From positions 222,922 to 286,921 of the forward strand of contig CAZGQS010000001.1 in the NCBI GenBank assembly GCA_964527775.1: 64,000 nucleotides of DNA, read 5' to 3'. The stretch is from an uncultured Rhizobium sp. (GTDB taxonomy: Bacteria; Bacteroidota; Bacteroidia; NS11-12g; UBA955). The position numbers and the translations under genes were made by a program. Shown here in pieces: positions 57,926-64,000 of the stretch. The notes below the pieces were generated by a model. It was not told where the DNA came from, searched no databases, and saw only the letters and a program-made list of their open reading frames with translations. The stretch's first letter is position 1. Each line of letters begins with the position of its first letter.

Positions 57926-57945
57926 AGTGTTATAATATTTATTCT

Positions 57946-58968
57946 TTATTTGAAAAGTAAAGAAATCGCTCCAGTAGCTAACATATTGAATAGTGCTAGT
58001 GGAATCATAGATTTCCAACCCAAATGCATCAACTGATCATACCTGAATCTTGGAAGAGTCCAACGAATCCACATGAAAACAAAGATGAAAATCAATATTT
58101 TAGAGAACATAACGGCGATTTGCGCGATTCCCAGAATGGTTTGATTCTCAATTAAATCCATCCCAGGGAAGTTATATCCACCAAAGTAAACTGTGGCCAT
58201 CAATGCCGATGAAACGAACATATTTACGTATTCGGAGAATAAATAAAAACCTAATTTCATGGATGAGTATTCTGTGTGGTAACCGCCAATCAATTCTGTT
58301 TCACATTCTGGTAAATCAAAAGGTGCTCGATTTGTTTCTGCTAAAGCACAGATAAAGAATATTAAGAACCCAAGAGGTTGGTAGAAAATATTCCAATTCA
58401 TTCCTTTTTGTTGAGCAACAATTTCACCAAGGCTCAAGGTACCGCTCATCATAATAACTGCTATTAAAGCTAAACCCATACTCAATTCATAGCTAATCAT
58501 TTGTGCACTTGCACGAATGGCTCCCAAAAGTGAATATTTGTTGTTACTAGCCCAACCACCAATCATGATTCCATATACACCAACTGAAACAATTCCCATG
58601 ATGTATAAGACACCTATGTTAACATCTGCTACTTGAAGTTGAACCATTCTTCCCAAAACCGGAAGTTCAGTTCCCCAAGGAATAACAGCACTGGTAATGG
58701 TTGCTGTAACCATGGCCACTGCAGGACCTAGTATAAACAACCATTTTTCTGCAGTTGCGGGTATGAATTCTTCCTTGAAGAACAATTTACCGGCATCTGC
58801 CAAAGGTTGGAAAATACCATAAATACCTGCTCTGTTCGGACCAATACGGTCTTGCATAAAAGCGGCCACTTTGCGTTCACCGTAAGTCAAATAAGCTGCA
58901 ATACCTAGTGTAACCAAGGTTAAAATAGCAACTAGAATGGTTTTTTCTAATAATAATGAACTATCCAT
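57946..58968 (-). CDS. nuoH: NADH-quinone oxidoreductase subunit H
   Basis: GERKVAAFMQDRIGPNR, ETNRAPFDLPECETEL, GYHTEYSSMKLGFYLFSEY. Confidence 0.95.
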   Translation of the reverse strand: MDSSLLLEKTILVAILTLVTLGIAAYLTYGERKVAAFMQDRIGPNRAGIYGIFQPLADAGKLFFKEEFIPATAEKWLFILGPAVAMVTATITSAVIPWGTELPVLGRMVQLQVADVNIGVLYIMGIVSVGVYGIMIGGWASNNKYSLLGAIRASAQMISYELSMGLALIAVIMMSGTLSLGEIVAQQKGMNWNIFYQPLGFLIFFICALAETNRAPFDLPECETELIGGYHTEYSSMKLGFYLFSEYVNMFVSSALMATVYFGGYNFPGMDLIENQTILGIAQIAVMFSKILIFIFVFMWIRWTLPRFRYDQLMHLGWKSMIPLALFNMLATGAISLLFK

Positions 58969-58969
58969 T

Positions 58970-59938
58970 TTATGCTTTATTCAATAAAACCGTATGTTTT
59001 GGAATCTCTCTTTCGTAGTGATTTGCAGAAATTACCGAATGTCTTGAAATTTTACGTGGACCTTCAATATTCCATTGAGACGTTTCTTTCTTATTAAATC
59101 TACAATCATTGCAAATGAATTCTTTTACCTCACCGTATTGGTCTTTTCTCGCAGTTACGCGAGCAATTTCGTCACCAATCATCCATAAAACTGCATTTCC
59201 ACTGCATTTATCGCAAGAACACGATGCATCCATGGGTTTGGTATACCAAACACGACTGCGGAAACGGAAGGTTTTATCTGTCAATGCTCCAACCGGACAA
59301 ACATCTATAACATTACCAATAAACTCATTATGAAGGTTTTTCTCAATGAAAGTACTGATTTCGGCAGCGTCTCCCCTCTTCAAAACTCCATGTTCACGGT
59401 TATCAGTAAGTTGATTAGCGGTATAAACACAACGATAGCAAAGGATACAACGTGTCATATGGAGCTTGATGTATTCTCCTAAATCCACTTTATCGAACGT
59501 TCTACGATCAAACTCATACCTTGATTGACCCACACCGTGTTCAAAAGCAAGATCTTGCAAGTGACATTCGCCTGCTTGGTCACAAACTGGACAATCTAAG
59601 GGGTGATTGATCAATAAAAATTCAACTACACCTTTTCTTGCATCTAGTACTTTTTCACTGGATTTGTTTTTAACCTCCATACCGTCCATCACAGTAGTAC
59701 TGCAACTTGCCACTAATTTGGGCATTGGACGAGGATCTTTTTCACTTCCTTTGGAAACCTCTACTAAACAAGTTCTGCATTTTCCTCCACTTCCTTTTAA
59801 CGAGGAATAATAACACATAGCGGGTGGAACTACGTTTCCACCAATCATGCGTGCTGCATTTAAAATGGTTGTACCTGGATCAACCTGAACAGTTTTTCCA
59901 TCTATGGTTACTGTAAACTTCTGAATTTGATCAGACAT
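58970..59938 (-). CDS. nuoG: NADH-quinone oxidoreductase subunit G, short form (Fe-S N-terminal module only)
   Basis: 2Fe-2S CYYSSL...CRTCLVEV, HPLDCPVCDQAGEC, CILCYRCV, and CPVGALT. 322 aa, lacking the molybdopterin-like domain. Confidence 0.88.
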   Translation of the reverse strand: MSDQIQKFTVTIDGKTVQVDPGTTILNAARMIGGNVVPPAMCYYSSLKGSGGKCRTCLVEVSKGSEKDPRPMPKLVASCSTTVMDGMEVKNKSSEKVLDARKGVVEFLLINHPLDCPVCDQAGECHLQDLAFEHGVGQSRYEFDRRTFDKVDLGEYIKLHMTRCILCYRCVYTANQLTDNREHGVLKRGDAAEISTFIEKNLHNEFIGNVIDVCPVGALTDKTFRFRSRVWYTKPMDASCSCDKCSGNAVLWMIGDEIARVTARKDQYGEVKEFICNDCRFNKKETSQWNIEGPRKISRHSVISANHYEREIPKHTVLLNKA

Positions 59939-59940
59939 AG

Positions 59941-61293
59941 TTATGCGTTTTCTGTTTGAAATGATTTTTCTGCAACCAGTCCATAGTTGCGAATTTGACT
60001 TTCTTTGGGCTCGTTAACATGCCATTCAAACTCTTCTCTGAAGTGTCTGATGGCTGCCGCAACTGGCCAAGCAGCAGCATCACCTAATGGGCAAATCGTA
60101 TTTCCTTCAATCTTTCTTTGGATGTCCCAAAGTAAATCAATATCGGCTATAGTTCCGTGTCCTTCCTCAAGTCTGTGAAGGACTTTTTCCATCCATCCAG
60201 TACCTTCCCTGCATGGAGAACATTGTCCACAACTTTCATGGTGATAGAAACGGGCGAAGTTCCAGGTGTTTCTAACAATACACTGATCTTCATCGTATAC
60301 AATAAATCCACCAGAACCAAGCATTGAACCTGATTGGAAACCACCATCTGCCAAGGATTCGTAGCTCATCAATCTATCTTCACCATTGGCAGTTTTACAA
60401 ACCAAATAGTGAGGCAAAATAGGAACAGAAGAACCTCCAGGAATACACGCTTTCAAACGTTTTCCATTTTTCATTCCACCTAAATACTGATCACTGTATA
60501 TGAATTCTTCAACCGATAAACCCAATTCGATTTCGTAAACACCTGGTTTATTTACATTGCCTGAAGCAGATATTAGTTTAGTCCCAGTGCTTCTACCAAT
60601 ACCAATTTTTGCATACTCGTCACCCCCGTCATTCACAATAGGAACAACTGCGGCAATGGTTTCTACGTTATTCACAACAGTTGGACGCTGCCACAAACCT
60701 TGAATCGCAGGAAAAGGGGGTTTCATTCTCGGATTTCCACGTTTTCCTTCGAGACTCTCAATGAGTGCAGTCTCTTCGCCACAAATGTATGCACCTGCCC
60801 CAGGAGTTATGGAAAGGTCAAGGTCGTATCCAGTTCCTAAAATGTTTTTTCCTAGCCATCCATTAGCGTATGCTTCTGCGATTGCTTTTTCAACAATGCG
60901 AAGAACAAACATGTATTCACCTCTAATGTAAATGTAACTCTGATTGGCGCCCAATGCGAATGAAGAAAGAATCATACCTTCTATCAATAAATGAGGGATT
61001 TTCTCCATCAAATATCTGTCTTTGAAAGTACCAGGCTCACTTTCATCGGCATTACACAATAAATGTCTTGGAACACCTTCAGGCTTAGCCAAGAAGCTCC
61101 ATTTCATACCTGTTGGAAATCCTGCTCCGCCTCTACCTCTCAAGCCAGACTTTTTAACTTCTTCAACAATATCATCTGGTGACATCGTTTTTAAAGCTTT
61201 TTCAACGGCTGAATATCCACCATTTTTCCTGTAAACATCGTAGGTATGAATGCCTTCAATGTGAACGTTATTAAGCAACAATTTTCTAGCCAT
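59941..61293 (-). CDS. nuoF: NADH-quinone oxidoreductase subunit F
   Basis: GLRGRGGAGFPTGMKW (FMN site), CNADESEPGTFKDR, ESCGQCSPCREG (N3 cluster). Confidence 0.96.
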   Translation of the reverse strand: MARKLLLNNVHIEGIHTYDVYRKNGGYSAVEKALKTMSPDDIVEEVKKSGLRGRGGAGFPTGMKWSFLAKPEGVPRHLLCNADESEPGTFKDRYLMEKIPHLLIEGMILSSFALGANQSYIYIRGEYMFVLRIVEKAIAEAYANGWLGKNILGTGYDLDLSITPGAGAYICGEETALIESLEGKRGNPRMKPPFPAIQGLWQRPTVVNNVETIAAVVPIVNDGGDEYAKIGIGRSTGTKLISASGNVNKPGVYEIELGLSVEEFIYSDQYLGGMKNGKRLKACIPGGSSVPILPHYLVCKTANGEDRLMSYESLADGGFQSGSMLGSGGFIVYDEDQCIVRNTWNFARFYHHESCGQCSPCREGTGWMEKVLHRLEEGHGTIADIDLLWDIQRKIEGNTICPLGDAAAWPVAAAIRHFREEFEWHVNEPKESQIRNYGLVAEKSFQTENA

Positions 61294-61825
61294 TCTGATT
61301 TTCTCCCATATAATTAGCTACTGGATTGCTTCTGTAGGCTTCAATCAAAGCATCTACTTTTTCTTCTGTTAAATGTTCGTGAAATTTCTCTCCTGCTTGC
61401 AACATTGGCGCATAACCACATGCACCAAGACATTCAACTGTTTTAAGAGTAAATATTCCATCTGCGGTTGTTTCACCGTCTTTAATTCCTAGTTTTTTCT
61501 CTATGTAGTTGACAATATTCTCGGCACCTTCTATCATACAAGGACCGGTTCTGCAGACTTCTAATTTTACTTTACCCACTTGTTGGGTATCATACATACT
61601 GTAAAATGTAGCTACTTCGTAAACTTCAATGGGTTGAATATGAAGCAAGCGTGCAACATAATCCATAACATCCACAGAAAGCCATCCAAAGTGAGCCTGG
61701 GCAATATGCAATACTCTTAGAAGCGCACTTTTTTGTTTTCCTTCTGGAAACAGGGTAATTACCCTTTGTACTTCATCTAAAAGATGTTGAGGTAGTTCTA
61801 TTCTTTGATTGTTTTCCACGTTCAA
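61286..61825 (-). CDS. nuoE: NADH-quinone oxidoreductase subunit E
   Basis: Thioredoxin-like 2Fe-2S ligands: CRTGPC ... CLGACGYAP. Confidence 0.93.
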   Translation of the reverse strand: MNVENNQRIELPQHLLDEVQRVITLFPEGKQKSALLRVLHIAQAHFGWLSVDVMDYVARLLHIQPIEVYEVATFYSMYDTQQVGKVKLEVCRTGPCMIEGAENIVNYIEKKLGIKDGETTADGIFTLKTVECLGACGYAPMLQAGEKFHEHLTEEKVDALIEAYRSNPVANYMGENQNG

Positions 61826-61831
61826 TAAAAA

Positions 61832-63055
61832 TTAAGCGTCAAGTTCTCCTGCAATTACGTTCATACTACTCATGGTCAAAATAGCATCAGACAACAACGA
61901 ACCTTTGATCATTTCCGGATAAGCTTGGTAATAAATGAAACAAGGTCTTCTAAAGTGCAATCTGTAAGGATTTCTGCCACCATCAGAAACTAAGTAATAT
62001 CCTAATTCACCATTTCCACCTTCCACAGAATGATATACTTCACCAACTGGAATAGGTGTTTCTCCCATCACAATTTTGAAATGGTAAATTAAAGCTTCCA
62101 TACTTCTATACACCTCTTCTTTCGGAGGAAGATAAAATGATGGGATATCAGCATGATAATCACCAGAAGGCATGTTGTCAAGAGCTTGATGTATGATTTT
62201 CAAACTTTCTCTGATTTCTTGTTGACGAACCATGAATCTATCATAGGTATCTCCTTCTGTTCCTACGGGGATGTTAAAGTCGAAGTCCTGATATGATGAA
62301 TAAGGCTTCATGACGCGCACATCATAATCAACACCTGCTGCTCTTAGGTTAGGACCAGCAAACGAATAATTCAATGCTCTTTCTGCAGAAATAGGACCAG
62401 CACCAATGGTACGATCCATAAAGATTCTATTTCTCTCCAACAAACTACCAAATTCGTCAAAATTCTTTGGGAATTCTTTCAAAAAGGTTTTCAATTTGCT
62501 GTAAAATTCAGGACTAAAGTCGCGGTCAAAACCACCAATACGACCAACATTCGTTGTTAAACGGGCTCCACAGATTTCTTCAAATAAATCGTAGATTTTC
62601 TCACGTTCTTGGAACATGTAGGTGAAACCAGTCAATGCGCCTGTATCAACACCAATTACAGAATTACAAACCAAATGGTCAGCAATTCTAGATAACTCCA
62701 TAACAATTACACGCATGTAGTCAACACGTTTGGGCATTTCTGCGCCAATAAGCTTTTCTACAGTCATATGCCAACCCATATTATTTATAGGGGAAGAGCA
62801 ATAGTTAAGTCGGTCAGTTATTGGAGTAATTTGATTGTATGGTCTTCGCTCAGCTAATTTCTCGAAAGCGCGATGAATATACCCTACTGTTTGTTCAGCA
62901 TGTAAAATGCGTTCTCCATCCACTTTCAACACATTTTGGAAAATGCCGTGTGTTGCGGGGTGTGTTGGACCTAAATTCAGCGTAGCGATTTCGCCATCGA
63001 TCGTTTCTGTGCTGACTTGGACGTTGTATTTTTTGTTTACCTCTAGTTCGCTCAT
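61832..63055 (-). CDS. nuoD: NADH-quinone oxidoreductase subunit D
   Basis: LNLGPTHPATHG, GYIHRAFEK, and C-terminal MNVIAGELDA (IMGEVDR-type ending). Confidence 0.95.
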   Translation of the reverse strand: MSELEVNKKYNVQVSTETIDGEIATLNLGPTHPATHGIFQNVLKVDGERILHAEQTVGYIHRAFEKLAERRPYNQITPITDRLNYCSSPINNMGWHMTVEKLIGAEMPKRVDYMRVIVMELSRIADHLVCNSVIGVDTGALTGFTYMFQEREKIYDLFEEICGARLTTNVGRIGGFDRDFSPEFYSKLKTFLKEFPKNFDEFGSLLERNRIFMDRTIGAGPISAERALNYSFAGPNLRAAGVDYDVRVMKPYSSYQDFDFNIPVGTEGDTYDRFMVRQQEIRESLKIIHQALDNMPSGDYHADIPSFYLPPKEEVYRSMEALIYHFKIVMGETPIPVGEVYHSVEGGNGELGYYLVSDGGRNPYRLHFRRPCFIYYQAYPEMIKGSLLSDAILTMSSMNVIAGELDA

Positions 63056-63552
63056 CTTCCAAAAAATGTATCGTTTTTATCTCTACGTGTTTCGTCTTCG
63101 AGTGCGTATTCTTTTCTCATAGGATGATAATCCATGTCATCCACATTTAAAATTCTTCTAAGATCTGGATGACCAATAAATTGAATTCCGAAGAAGTCAA
63201 AGGTTTCCCTTTCCATCCAATTGGCAGCAGAGAAAACGGGTGTCAAAGATGGAAACTCCATTTGGTTTTTACTCAAGTTCGATTTAAATCTTAATCTAGT
63301 GTTTTCAATCAGATTTTGAATGTGAAACACCACTTGATATTCTTGATTTTCCTTGTCAGGATAATGTGAACCAGTTAAATCAACCAAAAAGTTGTAACCC
63401 AATTCAGAGTTCAGATATTGAACAACCTCTAAAGCATTTTTTGCATCAATGACAATATTGTGCTCGTTGTATTTATCTGCTGTATACTCGAGTATAAATC
63501 CTTTTGAATTTAAACCCTCAATGGTTTTATCTAAAAAAGACGATGTACTCAT
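63052..63552 (-). CDS. nuoC: NADH-quinone oxidoreductase subunit C
   Basis: [26 protein letters not shown] motif. 4-nt overlaps with nuoB and nuoD. Confidence 0.93.
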   Translation of the reverse strand: MSTSSFLDKTIEGLNSKGFILEYTADKYNEHNIVIDAKNALEVVQYLNSELGYNFLVDLTGSHYPDKENQEYQVVFHIQNLIENTRLRFKSNLSKNQMEFPSLTPVFSAANWMERETFDFFGIQFIGHPDLRRILNVDDMDYHPMRKEYALEDETRRDKNDTFFGR

Positions 63553-64000
63553 TTTGTAGTTTCGATGTTGTAAGTTTCAAGCATTTTACGGTATTCATCA
63601 GAATCTCTTCTTCTCAAACTTTCAGTTCTGGCAAGATGCTGAATTTTCAAAACACCTTCAATAATTTGTTCAGGTCTTGGTGGACAACCAGGAACGTAAA
63701 CATCTACAGGTATAACGTGATCAATGCCTTGAAGTACACTGTATGTGTCGAATATTCCGCCACTAGAGGCACAAGCTCCAACTGAAAGTACCCACTTAGG
63801 TTCAGCCATTTGATCATAAACTTGTTTTAATACAGGACCTAATTTTTTAGAAATAGTTCCAGCAACAATGAGTAAGTCGGCTTGTCTTGGACTGAAAGAC
63901 ATACGTTCGGAACCGAATCGAGCCAAATCGTAATTTGCACCCATGGTAGCCATGAATTCAATTCCACAACAAGAAGTTGCAAAAGGCAATGGCCACAATG
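63549..64000 (-). CDS. nuoB: NADH-quinone oxidoreductase subunit B (5' end lies outside the window)
   Basis: [14 protein letters not shown] and PGCPPRPE, the ligands of cluster N2. The frame stays open to the window edge. Confidence 0.93.
   Translation of the reverse strand, partial: LWPLPFATSCCGIEFMATMGANYDLARFGSERMSFSPRQADLLIVAGTISKKLGPVLKQVYDQMAEPKWVLSVGACASSGGIFDTYSVLQGIDHVIPVDVYVPGCPPRPEQIIEGVLKIQHLARTESLRRRDSDEYRKMLETYNIETTK

Noticed and set aside
34233-57945. The 23.7-kb interval between nuoI and nuoH as a genomic island or mobile-element insertion
   Set aside because: It contains no integrase, transposase, recombinase, phage or conjugation gene. I saw no flanking direct repeats and there is no tRNA at either border. 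The interval carries essential core genes (lpxD, lpxC/fabZ, lpxA, murF) and shows the same AT-rich composition and promoter motifs as the flanks.
1-64000. CRISPR arrays, tandem repeats, IS elements, riboswitches or sizeable non-coding RNA genes
   Set aside because: All intergenic gaps are 165 bp or shorter and are accounted for by promoters and terminators. I saw no repeat-spacer periodicity by eye. This is a visual scan only, so a repeat finder and a covariance-model (Rfam) scan would be needed to exclude small elements formally.

Overview
This is a core-chromosome segment of a visibly AT-rich Bacteroidota genome. The phylum call is an inference from four proteins with type IX secretion (T9SS) C-terminal sorting domains, a fused lpxC/fabZ gene, and TAnnTTTG -7 promoter boxes. 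I call 47 protein genes (two cut by the window edges) and one tRNA-Val(UAC), with almost no non-coding space.

Content in order:
- uvrA 3' part, a CXXCH-containing T9SS surface protein, an M16 peptidase, gyrA, a helical-repeat secreted protein, and a giant BNR/sortilin T9SS protein.
- hmgA, a short DUF1501-like Tat protein, an NFACT/RqcH-like protein, and tRNA-Val.
- A DUF779 / aldehyde dehydrogenase / AraC module, an M42 peptidase, an LpxL-family acyltransferase, and ArsR.
- DUF1015-serA-serC, then nuoN-I headed by an OmpA-family gene.
- A C25-like T9SS protein, a membrane pyrophosphatase, a VPS10/BNR protein, a GT4 glycosyltransferase, a class I aminotransferase, a PfkB heptose-type kinase, an FAD oxidoreductase, and a POT peptide transporter.
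- lpxD-lpxC/fabZ-lpxA plus an orphan ABC ATPase, an FG-GAP T9SS protein, murF, and nuoH-B.

I found no CRISPR array, transposase, integrase, prophage gene, or recognisable defence or toxin-antitoxin module. I do not see a convincing new multi-gene system here. The most unusual observations are:
- The complex I (nuo) locus is split into two same-strand halves 23.7 kb apart, and the distal half is headed by an OmpA-like gene.
- The pyrophosphatase carries an 84-aa tail with 11 Cys, bracketed by two CCKDK motifs.
- A T9SS cargo protein has a CXXCH motif in its N-terminal domain.
- Perfect TAnnTTTG boxes recur only 5-19 nt upstream of several start codons, which would imply leaderless or very short-leader mRNAs.

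All family assignments come from motifs read by eye. No BLAST, HMM or folding computation was run.
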